A DNA stretch of 63,022 nucleotides, the filler included, from an uncultured Methanosarcinales archaeon (GTDB lineage: Archaea > Nanobdellota > Nanobdellia > Woesearchaeales > CAZPJY01), in assembly GCA_964587045.1 (NCBI GenBank). It is 3 parts of 3 records of this genome, joined end to end, with 100 filler letters (N's around TTAATTAATTAA, not from the genome) between each part and the next. Parts side by side here need not be neighbours in the genome. Positions count along the whole stretch, not along the records: positions 1 to 29,493 come from CAZPJY010000023.1; 2 more parts are not named here. One strand, 5' to 3'. Under the pieces are notes generated by a model. The model had not been told where the DNA came from. It searched no databases and saw nothing but the letters and a program-made list of their open reading frames with translations. Below, piece by piece: positions 19,432-28,175 of the stretch (positions are counted from its first letter, which is position 1; each line of letters begins with the position of its first letter). The translations under genes and the position numbers were made by a program.

Positions 19432-22116
19432 TTACCAAGTAAGGTACTTCTCGATGAAGCGGTTGCCCCTCCTGTAGAGGATTTTCCTGATCACGTCCCC
19501 GAAGAAGATGAGGAAGGCGAATGGCAGGGATAACGAGATGTCGAGCAGGGAAAGGGGCGCGGTTCCGAAGAAAGTGTTCGCAGCAGGCACGTATGATATT
19601 ATTGCCACTAGTCCTAATTCCACGAAGATGCCCAGCAGCACCATGCGGTTGGAGAAAAGTCCGGCATCGAACACCGACTGCTTTCGGGTACGGCATATCA
19701 TCACGTCCGCCACCTGGCAGATGACAACGCTTGCGAAGAACGCGGTCGTCGCACGCATATACAAGGGGTCGGAGAATGCAAGCTCCTGCCCCCAGCTCCA
19801 TCCTCCTCGGGTCAGTATGAAGAAGAACGAAAAGAAGCCTGCGGCAGCCTGCAGCATACCTACTATGCCGTAAGATATGAATAACAACTTACCAGTCAGG
19901 AGCCTCTCCTTCCTCGAGCGGGGGGGCTTGCTCATCACATCAACTTCAGGCTTCTCGTTGCCCAGTCCCAATGCCGGGAGCAGATCAGTCCCCAAGTCAA
20001 TAGCCAGGATGAGGACCACAGTTATCGCGAGAGGCGAGTTGAGCAGCACGAAGGCTATGAAAGGCAGGATCTCAGGAACGTTGCTGGTTAGTATGTAGGC
20101 GATGAACTTCTTGATGTTCTCGAATATCGTGCGGCCGCTCTCGACAGCCTTCACGATGGTTGCGAAGTTGTCGTCCAGCAGCACCATGTCGCTCGCCTCC
20201 TTTGCGACATCTGTTCCTCCAAGGCCCATTGCGACCCCCATGTCTGCGTTCTTTATCGCAGGCGCATCATTCACGCCGTCGCCAGTTACCGTCACGACCT
20301 CTCCCAATGACTGGAGGCCCTGGACAATCCTGAGCTTCTGGATAGGGTTGGTGCGCGCGAAGATTATGGGATCTTTTTTCAAAATCTCTTTGAGGTGGTA
20401 GTCACCCATCTCAGCCAGCTCTTCACCTGTGACGATCGTGGCCTTCTCCTTTAGTCCCACCATCCCGACCTTGCGTGCGATCGCCTCGGCTGTCAGGCTG
20501 TAGTCGCCTGTGATCATGATGACCCTGATGCCGGCCCTCCTGCAGGTCGCGATGGCGTCGGCGATCTCAGGCCGCGGAGGGTCGAGCATGCCGGCTAGGC
20601 CGATGAAGGTGAATCCCTTCTCGATGCTCTTGCCCCTGATGGTCGGCTTGAACGCGAATGCGAGCACCCTCTCCCCGCGGGAAGCCAGATGCTCGTACTC
20701 GGAGTTTATCCTCTTGTGGTCGTCAGGGGTCAGTGGGAGCTCGACCCCCTTGACCATAATCCTGTCGCACTTCTTGATTACCACCTCAGGGGCCCCCTTC
20801 ATGAAAGCGATGTTGCCCTTCTTCTGCGCGTTGGTGGTTATCATTCGCTTGGTCTTGGAGTCGAAGGGCGACTCGTGGACGCGCGGCTCCTTGGCAGAGA
20901 CCTCATCGATGTCGATCAGCTTCGAGGCGAACTCCAGAAGGGAGGTCTCGGTGGGATCGCCGTGGAAAGTTCCTTCCTGCATGTGCGCGTTGTTGCAGAG
21001 GACCATCGTGCGGAGGAGCAGCGGCATGGTCTTGGTGTGGTCCAGCTCCCTCTCGAAAACCTTGACAGACTCGTTGTCGATGAAGATGGTGTTCACGCTC
21101 ATCTTGTTCTGCGTTATGGTCCCGGTCTTGTCTGTGCAGATGACAGTCGTCGAACCCAAGGTCTCAACCGACTCGAGGTTCTTGATCAAGGCGTTGTTCT
21201 TTGCCATCTTCTTTGCCGCGATGCTCAGAGAAAGCGTGACAGTGGGAAGGAGCCCTTCAGGGACGTTCGCCACGATGATGCCGATGGCGAAGATGAGGCT
21301 TCCCATTAATTGCTGGCCCATCGCTACGCTTATGAGGAAGAAGAGGATGCCCAGGAAAATGGCAATCGATGATATTATCTTTATGAAGTAGCGCAGCTCC
21401 TTGTGCAGGGGGGAGTCGACCTGCCTGGTCTCCTTGGTCAGCTTGAGGATCTTCCCAATCTCGGTGTGCATGCCTGTGCCGAAGACCACCGCCTCGCCGT
21501 TGCCGGACTGGACCAGCGTTCCGGAGAAGACCATGTTCCGCGACTCGAGGATGTTTTCGTGAGTGCATTCGAGCTTTCGCAGCTGCGGCTCGGACTCGCC
21601 AGTGAGGGATGAGTTGTCTACCTTCAAGGCGTTCTCCCTGATAAGGCGGCCGTCTGCAGGGATCTTGTCGCCTTCGCTCAGGAAGATCACGTCTCCAGGG
21701 ACAAGTTCTTCTGCGCGTATCTCCTTCTTTTTGCCATCGCGCAGGGTCTCGACCATGCTGGGCAGCATCTTTCGGAAGGATTCCATGATGCGCTCGCTCT
21801 CATACTCCTGTATGAAGGTAAAAGCGGAGTTGAGCAGCACAACCGCCGCCAGGGCTACGCCTATGTACAGGTTGCCATCTCCTGGTGAGAGGTATTCTGC
21901 GAAGAACGCTAGCCCCGAGCCAATCATCAGTAATACGGCAAAGAAGTTGGTGAACTGCTTTAGGAACCTGAGGATCAGCGGCACGTCCTTCTTGGTCTCG
22001 AGTACGTTTGGGCCTTTCCTGGCCAGCCGCTTGGCGGCCTCTGCGCTGCTGAGACCTTCTGGGGACGTAGAAAGCTGCTTGAAGAGTTCCTTTAATGGGA
22101 GCTTGTGCTCATCCAT
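19432..22116 (-). CDS. P-type cation ATPase, Na+/K+-ATPase alpha (P2C)-like
   Basis: VDNSSLTGESEP, GIIVANVPEGL, DKTGT, KGAPE, LTSNVPE, IDLGTD, CQVADVMICRTR. Confidence 0.92.
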   Translation of the reverse strand: MDEHKLPLKELFKQLSTSPEGLSSAEAAKRLARKGPNVLETKKDVPLILRFLKQFTNFFAVLLMIGSGLAFFAEYLSPGDGNLYIGVALAAVVLLNSAFTFIQEYESERIMESFRKMLPSMVETLRDGKKKEIRAEELVPGDVIFLSEGDKIPADGRLIRENALKVDNSSLTGESEPQLRKLECTHENILESRNMVFSGTLVQSGNGEAVVFGTGMHTEIGKILKLTKETRQVDSPLHKELRYFIKIISSIAIFLGILFFLISVAMGQQLMGSLIFAIGIIVANVPEGLLPTVTLSLSIAAKKMAKNNALIKNLESVETLGSTTVICTDKTGTITQNKMSVNTIFIDNESVKVFERELDHTKTMPLLLRTMVLCNNAHMQEGTFHGDPTETSLLEFASKLIDIDEVSAKEPRVHESPFDSKTKRMITTNAQKKGNIAFMKGAPEVVIKKCDRIMVKGVELPLTPDDHKRINSEYEHLASRGERVLAFAFKPTIRGKSIEKGFTFIGLAGMLDPPRPEIADAIATCRRAGIRVIMITGDYSLTAEAIARKVGMVGLKEKATIVTGEELAEMGDYHLKEILKKDPIIFARTNPIQKLRIVQGLQSLGEVVTVTGDGVNDAPAIKNADMGVAMGLGGTDVAKEASDMVLLDDNFATIVKAVESGRTIFENIKKFIAYILTSNVPEILPFIAFVLLNSPLAITVVLILAIDLGTDLLPALGLGNEKPEVDVMSKPPRSRKERLLTGKLLFISYGIVGMLQAAAGFFSFFFILTRGGWSWGQELAFSDPLYMRATTAFFASVVICQVADVMICRTRKQSVFDAGLFSNRMVLLGIFVELGLVAIISYVPAANTFFGTAPLSLLDISLSLPFAFLIFFGDVIRKILYRRGNRFIEKYLTW

Positions 22117-22148
22117 GACAGCTTAAAAGGGCGCGACCTTAATAAAGG

Positions 22149-22331
22149 TTACTTTGCTGTGTTGATGCCAAACACCTTGTACAGCCCGCAGAAACTCATC
22201 GCTGCCGTCGCCGCTGATATGACTGCGATAATGTAGAGCCACCATGCTCCCGTTATGAGTCCAAGTATTATCAGCAGCGCTGCCAGCACGTAGCGGACCT
22301 GCTGGTCCAGTTTTCCGACATTCTTTTCCAT
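22149..22331 (-). CDS. DUF2892 (YgaP-like) small membrane protein
   Basis: MEKNVGKLD..VR, FCGLYKVFGINT. Confidence 0.85.
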   Translation of the reverse strand: MEKNVGKLDQQVRYVLAALLIILGLITGAWWLYIIAVISAATAAMSFCGLYKVFGINTAK

Positions 22332-22363
22332 ACGTGAATGGCGGATTGTCCGGTATAAAAACC

Positions 22364-22549
22364 TTATCTTGAACCCTTCTGAAAGAGCTTGTGGATCAGG
22401 TGGAGCACCACTATAATCAGTGCTCCGTACAGCAGCAGGCCGCCGAACACGAAAGTCTGGGGAGGGGTGTTTACTATGACCCCGATGACAATCAGTAGCA
22501 AGATCAGGGCGATCTTCTCCTCCTCGACCCATCTCATGACTTGCTTCAT
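22364..22549 (-). CDS. Small 2-TM protein
   Basis: 61-aa hydrophobic ORF. Confidence 0.5.
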   Translation of the reverse strand: MKQVMRWVEEEKIALILLLIVIGVIVNTPPQTFVFGGLLLYGALIIVVLHLIHKLFQKGSR

Positions 22550-22623
22550 GTCTGCCTTAAGAGATGGAGGACGTTAAAATCTTTTCGAGTACCTTTATAA
22601 ATAATGGCTTTATCTGGGCTGTG

Positions 22624-23370
22624 ATGGCGCCAAGGATAGGCATATCGACAGTTGTGCTAGGCAGGAAATGGTTCGACCAGCTGGGAATGCTGCCGACCGA
22701 TGTAGTCGAGGTGTCCGGCAGGTATTCGAAGTTCGAGTACGACTACGAGTGGGTCCTGGCGCAGAGGAAGAGGCTCGAAGGCTTCGATGTCAGCGTCCAC
22801 TCAGGCACCAACTACGTCTTCTCAAGCCACCCTTTGTACACCCAGACCGAGCTTTACAGGCTGAGGTCTGAGGTGCTCACCTGCCATGAGTGGGGGGCGT
22901 CGCATCTCGTGTTCCACCTGAAGAACGGTATTCTCGGCCCCAAGGAGGAGGCGCAGCTAAAGGACGTCGCCGCAATGGCTGGGGAGTATGGCACGAAGCT
23001 GGTCTTCGAGTCCAACTCAAGCGCTGAAGCGAGGCTCGCCCTCGACTTCCTGGACCGCTTCCCGAATGTGGGCTACAACCTTGACATGGGCCACCTGTAC
23101 CACGGCTTTTGCAATGGCCGGCTTGGCATGGGCCTGGATGAGTTCGTCGCTTCGGTCAGGGACCGCACGGTCTACGTACACGCCCACAGCAACGACGGCA
23201 GGGCCGACCAGCATATTTCCATCGACAGGGGCAACCTGGACTGGGAGCACGTCCTCGATTCTTTGGACCGTGACAGGCTGGAGAAGGTGATTGTCGAAGT
23301 GAGGGATTTCGACGGCGCTTTCGAGACCTACTGCCTGCTCAACGACTACTTCAACAAAAGTAATAAATAA
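22624..23370 (+). CDS. Xylose-isomerase/AP-endonuclease-2 TIM-barrel protein
   Basis: SVHS, LVFH, FES, LDMGH, HAHSNDG.ADQH. Confidence 0.82.
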   Translation: MAPRIGISTVVLGRKWFDQLGMLPTDVVEVSGRYSKFEYDYEWVLAQRKRLEGFDVSVHSGTNYVFSSHPLYTQTELYRLRSEVLTCHEWGASHLVFHLKNGILGPKEEAQLKDVAAMAGEYGTKLVFESNSSAEARLALDFLDRFPNVGYNLDMGHLYHGFCNGRLGMGLDEFVASVRDRTVYVHAHSNDGRADQHISIDRGNLDWEHVLDSLDRDRLEKVIVEVRDFDGAFETYCLLNDYFNKSNK

Positions 23371-23391
23371 CCGCCCGAATTCTTTATCCCC

Positions 23392-23904
23392 ATGGAGACC
23401 CTGGAAGCCATCCGGACTCGTAGGAGCATCCGATCTTTCAAGAGCAAGGACGTGCCTGAACGCGTTCTGAAGCAGGTCCTGGAAGCCGGGATGATGGCGC
23501 CCTCAGCAGGGAACCAGCAGCCCTGGCACTTCGTCGTCATCAGGGACAGGGAGATGCTCGATTCCATTCCTTCCTTTCACCCGTACTCAATCATGGTCAG
23601 GCAGGCGCCGATGGCAATCCTGGTCTGCGCAGACCACGAGCTCGCGTCGCGGCACCACGACTTCTGGGTGCAGGACTGCTCGGCGGCTGTCCAGAACATG
23701 CTGCTCGCCATCCACGACCTTGGGCTTGCGGCTGTCTGGGTGTCTTCGTACCCGAACAAAGAGAGAGTGGCAGGCTTTCGGAAACTGTGCAGTCTGCCTG
23801 ACTCGGTCGATCCGCTCGCTTTGGTGGTGCTGGGCTACTCTGACCAGAAGGGCGGGAAGGTTGAGAGGTTTCGAGCTGAGAGGGTGCACCACAACACCTG
23901 GTGA
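23392..23904 (+). CDS. Nitroreductase-family protein
   Basis: RRSIRSF, APSAGNQQPWHF, QNMLLAIHDLGL. Confidence 0.93.
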   Translation: METLEAIRTRRSIRSFKSKDVPERVLKQVLEAGMMAPSAGNQQPWHFVVIRDREMLDSIPSFHPYSIMVRQAPMAILVCADHELASRHHDFWVQDCSAAVQNMLLAIHDLGLAAVWVSSYPNKERVAGFRKLCSLPDSVDPLALVVLGYSDQKGGKVERFRAERVHHNTW

Positions 23905-23906
23905 GC

Positions 23907-24221
23907 CTATCGCCTGCAATCGTCGCGGTAGGTTTCTAGCACGTACATGGATAGGCAAGCGTCAAGGTCAAATCTTTTTGGCCTTTTGAATACCTTACCC
24001 GTCTTCTTCTTGGCCTCATGATACTGCTTTAGGACTTGCTTTAATGTTCCTTTGGTCTCAAAGTCGCTGTAGATTTCAGATGACCTGTGGACGGTGACGT
24101 GCCTGAAGTACTCTGCCCAGCCTGGCCCATAGTCCTTTTCTGCGTAAATGTACTGGCCTATGTAGGTCAGCCCGTTTGGCATGTCGTAGGCCCTCAGCTG
24201 TATTAATTTCTTAACCATCAT
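23907..24221 (-). CDS. Small paralog 3 of tandem DMPNG family
   Basis: LRAYDMPNGLTYIG, HRS.EIYSD.ETKGTLKQVLKQYH, YVLETYRDD. Confidence 0.75.
   Translation of the reverse strand: MMVKKLIQLRAYDMPNGLTYIGQYIYAEKDYGPGWAEYFRHVTVHRSSEIYSDFETKGTLKQVLKQYHEAKKKTGKVFKRPKRFDLDACLSMYVLETYRDDCRR
24022..24059. repeat. 38-bp exact direct repeat, copy 1 (copy 2 at 24349-24386)
   Basis: tactgctttaggacttgctttaatgttcctttggtctc is identical in both paralogs. Confidence 0.9.
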
Positions 24222-24224
24222 AAA

Positions 24225-24539
24225 TCAACTTTTGTGTTGCTCGATATCGTCGCGGTAGGTCTCTAGCACGTGTATGGCAAGATAAGCATCATCATTGAAC
24301 CAATCAATGCTACCCGCTACTTTGCCTTCCTCTTTCCTGGCCGCGTGGTACTGCTTTAGGACTTGCTTTAATGTTCCTTTGGTCTCGAGGTCGCTGTAGA
24401 TTTCCCAGGACCTGTGGATAGTCACCTTCCTGAAGTATCTGTCCCAGCAGAATTGACGCTGTACGGAGATGTAGTTACCTATGTAGGTCATTCCGTTGGG
24501 CATGTCGTAGGCCCTCAGCTGTTGTATCAGTTTTACCAC
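24225..24539 (-). CDS. Small paralog 2 of tandem DMPNG family
   Basis: LRAYDMPNGMTYIG ... HVLETYRDD; GTG start 24539 inferred by alignment (track gives 24554). Confidence 0.75.
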   Translation of the reverse strand: MVKLIQQLRAYDMPNGMTYIGNYISVQRQFCWDRYFRKVTIHRSWEIYSDLETKGTLKQVLKQYHAARKEEGKVAGSIDWFNDDAYLAIHVLETYRDDIEQHKS

Positions 24540-24540
24540 A

Positions 24541-24819
24541 TCAATCGCCCTCAAGGACGTACATGGCGAGGGCCTTGCTGGGCCTGAAGTCCGGAATCCG
24601 CTCGACTGCGTGCCCTTGCCATTTCATCGACTTGTGTTGTTCCTTCATCTTATCGATGATTGTATCATAATCAGTGCTTACGTTGAGTTTCCTATCGATA
24701 TAGTTCTTAGTTGGCAACTTCACAACATCATAGAAGGTCCTCACGCCTGATGGGAAGAGGTTCATCCTGCCGATGTAGGTAAGCCCGTTGGGCATGTCGA
24801 AAGCGTAGAGTCCCATCAT
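24541..24819 (-). CDS. Small paralog 1 (divergent) of DMPNG family
   Basis: LYAFDMPNGLTYIG ... ALAMYVLE; ATGA overlap with the zinc-finger stop. Confidence 0.72.
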   Translation of the reverse strand: MMGLYAFDMPNGLTYIGRMNLFPSGVRTFYDVVKLPTKNYIDRKLNVSTDYDTIIDKMKEQHKSMKWQGHAVERIPDFRPSKALAMYVLEGD

Positions 24820-24929
24820 GCTCCCTCCTCTATCCTTTGCGGGTAGTCGAACCGCCTCTTGCATCTGGGGCAGGCTTTCGGGCTTTCCACCCTCGGTGTC
24901 CATTCATATGTGCAGTATTCGCATTCCAT
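24816..24929 (-). CDS. 37-aa CxxC..CxxC zinc finger (MECEYCTYEWTPRVESPKACPRCKRRFDYPQRIEEGA), not in ORF track
   Basis: Hand translation; GGAGTGA RBS; fills the operon gap exactly. Confidence 0.8.
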   Translation of the reverse strand: MECEYCTYEWTPRVESPKACPRCKRRFDYPQRIEEGA

Positions 24930-24934
24930 TCTTA

Positions 24935-25501
24935 TCACTCCGGTATCGGTTTTTCTGAGACGAAGCCCTCAAATGTGTAGATTGTCTTGTGCTTCGACTC
25001 GTTTGCGTTCCTATCTATGGCGTAGACCTCAAGCTGCTGCTTGCCGGTCAGGTATTCCTTCGGGACCTTGAATGACGCGCTCTCAACGTCAAACCTTCCC
25101 TTAGGAAGCTCATGTATGCTGTTGCCCTGTTTGGCGTATGAGCGCATCCCGACTGCGTTGTCGTCGAAGAATATCAGGTACCATCCGTTTGAGAAATTAG
25201 CAGGAAACCTGAATTCGGGTGCTTTTCCCGCATTCCCCCTGCCCATTTCTTGGTAATCAGTCTTTGCCTTGGGTCGGTCCATCTCTACTTTAATGGGATC
25301 AGCAGACTTGTAGCTTCCTCCGAGGAAGCCTAGCCCCAACCCTGCAAAGAATAGCGCAGCGCCGGCAAATGCGGCCCATGAAGACATTTTCTTTTTTGCC
25401 TCAAGCATTTGCTCAAGAGTCCTGTCCGTGTTTTGTAGTTGTTTGCTCAGTGGAGTGGGATCCACTGTTCCCTTATTTCTTTTCCTTCTGTGTTGTAGCA
25501 T
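24935..25501 (-). CDS. Single-TM protein with C-terminal Ig-like beta domain
   Basis: GAGGTGA RBS before ATG 25501; TM WAAFAGAALFFAGLGLGFLG; GKQQLEVYAIDRNANES. Confidence 0.65.
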   Translation of the reverse strand: MLQHRRKRNKGTVDPTPLSKQLQNTDRTLEQMLEAKKKMSSWAAFAGAALFFAGLGLGFLGGSYKSADPIKVEMDRPKAKTDYQEMGRGNAGKAPEFRFPANFSNGWYLIFFDDNAVGMRSYAKQGNSIHELPKGRFDVESASFKVPKEYLTGKQQLEVYAIDRNANESKHKTIYTFEGFVSEKPIPE

Positions 25502-25511
25502 TTTTTTCACC

Positions 25512-25814
25512 TCATTCAACATCGATACCCAACAGTAAGTCATACAGTGAGTCTGCGAGATTCTTGCAGTCCTTGTCCTGGACAGCTTTCTCTATTCTCT
25601 TCCAGTCATTAGCATAGTAGGCTACGTATGCGGACCTGGCACTGATGTCGATGTCCCTGATGGTCCGGCATGCGTCCCAGATTTCCTCCGCGCGCTGCTC
25701 CAGAGGTGGAAGTTCTTGTTTCTTCACGTTCCGACCAAGGAACGGGAACTCGCTTTTCAGCCAGTCCCTCAGCTCGTATCTGTGGTGGTACTTGTATGAA
25801 AACGTCTCCATCAT
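25512..25814 (-). CDS. Hypothetical 100-aa helical protein
   Basis: ATGA overlap with the stop of PafA-like copy A. Confidence 0.65.
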   Translation of the reverse strand: MMETFSYKYHHRYELRDWLKSEFPFLGRNVKKQELPPLEQRAEEIWDACRTIRDIDISARSAYVAYYANDWKRIEKAVQDKDCKNLADSLYDLLLGIDVE

Positions 25815-27115
25815 AATTTTCCTTTCTGATACTTTTGATACTTTTTGACCTCTTGCCTGGCCTTCTTCAGTTTTTCTGAATACGTTGAGTATGGATCTAT
25901 CATATGGAAATTGTACACCTTGAGACAATGTGTTAAGAAGCATGGCTCTGGACCTATATCCCATTCGGTGTTATAAAATACTCTATCACCAACGGTTTTG
26001 CTAATTTCCTCGGAGCACAGGAGATTGATGATGTGTCCACGGTAGTATGCCCTTGTGTCCTTTGGAGGATTTTTAGTGGCCTTCTCAATCATCTTGTCCG
26101 TTGTCAGCCGCTCCACTTTGCCCTGTTTTTGGAGCGCGTAGAAGAGGCCCCTTTCGCGGTCGGTGTCGTGGTATTGCAGGTCGATGTTCCTGAGGATTGG
26201 GTCGGACATATTGAGGTTGTGGCTTTCGGCGTACTGGTCTATCAGGGCCTTCTTGGTCACCCAGTCGAGGCGGCCCACCAGCTCTGTAGGGTTTCGGTCG
26301 AGCTTTTCAAGCGTGTCCTCCCACAGGGTAAGGATTGTGTCGGTTATCTCGTCACGCTGCTTATACCTTGTTTTAGCAGCTTTTAGGAACTCGCACTGGA
26401 TGTCCACTGCTTTGGCAGTTTTGTCGGTTCCGTGGACCATCCAGTCTGAGGTAGTCATGGCTATCTCTTCCAAGTCTTCCTCAATCTTCTCCATGTCGTA
26501 GGGAATGTTAGGCAGCGCCCCGTCCTCTGAGAGGTCCAGAACGAGGCCTGTGGTTCCGAGCTTGAGGAATCCAGCCACCTCGTTCATGTTCGCGTCTCCG
26601 TACATGTAATGGAATCGTATCTCCCTAGATGCAATGCTACTCATAGACAGCATGCCACAAAATATTTCACTGCTCCCCAGCAGCTTTTCCACCCGTTGGA
26701 ATATTTGGAATGTTCCGTGGGATGAAAGCCGGCCTGAACCGTCTATGATAGGTCTGGTCACTAGGAAGGGTATCATCTTTTCATCCCGCATCGTGAAATC
26801 ATAATTCTCATGGGTACCAAAAGTATTGCCTTGCGAGTCGATGTTGTTTTTGTATATCTTGTCTGCGTGCTTCTGTACCAGCAGCTCGCCTGCCTTGTCG
26901 TAGATTACCGCTTCGAGTGGGTTGCTGCACTCGGGCGTCGCGTACTCAATATGGCCACAGTCCACATAGATCCTACCTCCGTTGTATTGGAATTCTTGTT
27001 CCCCATCAAAATTCCAATCTGCCCCTACCGCACCGTACTCGTTCTCGATCCCGAAGATGCGTTTCCTCTTGTACTCTGGAACCTTCTTGAAAAGGGCTTG
27101 CTTGGAATGCTTCAC
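25811..27115 (-). CDS. Pup-ligase/depupylase (PafA/Dop)-family protein, copy A
   Basis: RIFGIENEYG, NGGRIYVD..HIEYATPEC, YKNNIDSQGN.FG.HENY, PFLVTR, RFH...GDANM, LKLGTT, LDWVTK, DLQYHD, PPKDTRA, W, DPY. Confidence 0.92.
   Translation of the reverse strand: MKHSKQALFKKVPEYKRKRIFGIENEYGAVGADWNFDGEQEFQYNGGRIYVDCGHIEYATPECSNPLEAVIYDKAGELLVQKHADKIYKNNIDSQGNTFGTHENYDFTMRDEKMIPFLVTRPIIDGSGRLSSHGTFQIFQRVEKLLGSSEIFCGMLSMSSIASREIRFHYMYGDANMNEVAGFLKLGTTGLVLDLSEDGALPNIPYDMEKIEEDLEEIAMTTSDWMVHGTDKTAKAVDIQCEFLKAAKTRYKQRDEITDTILTLWEDTLEKLDRNPTELVGRLDWVTKKALIDQYAESHNLNMSDPILRNIDLQYHDTDRERGLFYALQKQGKVERLTTDKMIEKATKNPPKDTRAYYRGHIINLLCSEEISKTVGDRVFYNTEWDIGPEPCFLTHCLKVYNFHMIDPYSTYSEKLKKARQEVKKYQKYQKGKL
26156..26257. 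repeat. 102-bp near-identical block shared by the PafA-like copies (other copy 28978-29079)
   Basis: Three mismatches by manual alignment. Confidence 0.88.
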
Positions 27116-27501
27116 AGTTCCATCACCTTTATCAGGTCGGAGAGCTCATCGTAGCTGATGCTCTTCCTCTCCTCGAAGATGAAGTAAAGCCTGTTCAGCA
27201 GGTCCACCCTTACCTGGTCCTTGGTCACCTTCCGGATGGCCTCGAAGTCGAGCTCTTTCTCTTCTGCTTCGTATCGAGCGTACCTCCCACACTGCTCGGA
27301 GAGGTATTTGTTCCTCTCCTCAGCTATGGCTTGCTTGAAGTGTAGCAGCCTGATAATCTCGACGCCCAGATGGTGGTCGCCGCCATCGACATAGTCATTG
27401 ATTGCCTTGTTCACAACCTTAACAGGGGCGTGCTTGCCGATCCTGTTCGGGAACTTCTCCTGAATATCCTTGTCGTAGATCCTTAGACTTTCTTCCATCA
27501 T
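27112..27501 (-). CDS. Hypothetical 129-aa protein
   Basis: 4-nt overlaps with both neighbours. Confidence 0.7.
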   Translation of the reverse strand: MMEESLRIYDKDIQEKFPNRIGKHAPVKVVNKAINDYVDGGDHHLGVEIIRLLHFKQAIAEERNKYLSEQCGRYARYEAEEKELDFEAIRKVTKDQVRVDLLNRLYFIFEERKSISYDELSDLIKVMEL

Positions 27502-28175
27502 GGTCCCTCATCTTTTGGGTAAGCTTCTCGCATTAGCGAGTGCAGGTCAAGCATTATGTCTATGAAATTTGATACCATGCGGTTCTGCGTGAGCAGCAGC
27601 TTTTCGTTGTTACTTATGATCCTCTCAATCTTCCCTTTCCTTCCCTGTTTTTTCTCAGCAATCTTCCTGAGCTTCATGTTCCCAACCCTTAAAGCCTTGA
27701 ATGCGATGTCATAGCATCCGAGCTCGGATTCGACGAACCTGTCGATGCCGTACTGGTCAAGGGCTCTTGCGAAGCTGTAGGCGAACGCATCGAATTCCGT
27801 CATCGATGCTTCGAGTTTTGCGTTTGCCTTCAGTTTCCACCTCTCGGCGCAGACTATTTCGCGGAGCTCGCATTTCTGCCGCTCGTAGGCCTTCATCTGG
27901 TCCAGGCCTTTCCTGCCTAGAGTGAGGAGCAGTCCGATCCTGGTCTGGAACGGCACGTTCGCCTTTCCCTTGTACATCTGCTTGTTGTTCTTCAGGAGTG
28001 CTTTTTCCGAGTAAGCTTCTGAGAAGATTTTACTCTCCCTTTTCGTTATCGACTTCTCCTTCACGAGGCTTTCCAGCGAGTCCTGGAGAGCCCGCCTGTC
28101 TACCTGCGTCTCCTGCTCAGCGATTCTTCCGTAGAAGGCGTCCAAGCATTCCTGGGTGAAGTTAGGCACTTGCAT
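27498..28175 (-). CDS. Hypothetical helical 225-aa protein
   Basis: Overlaps both neighbours; charged, helical composition. Confidence 0.7.
   Translation of the reverse strand: MQVPNFTQECLDAFYGRIAEQETQVDRRALQDSLESLVKEKSITKRESKIFSEAYSEKALLKNNKQMYKGKANVPFQTRIGLLLTLGRKGLDQMKAYERQKCELREIVCAERWKLKANAKLEASMTEFDAFAYSFARALDQYGIDRFVESELGCYDIAFKALRVGNMKLRKIAEKKQGRKGKIERIISNNEKLLLTQNRMVSNFIDIMLDLHSLMREAYPKDEGP

Noticed and set aside
19508..22126. Long antisense ORFs (also 16484-17068, 42263-43045, 50915-51778)
   Set aside because: Shadows of well-supported genes on the opposite strand
23907..24554. DGR template/variable repeat or CRISPR array
   Set aside because: Differences are not adenine-specific, no reverse transcriptase is present, and the repeats are coding and lack a spacer periodicity
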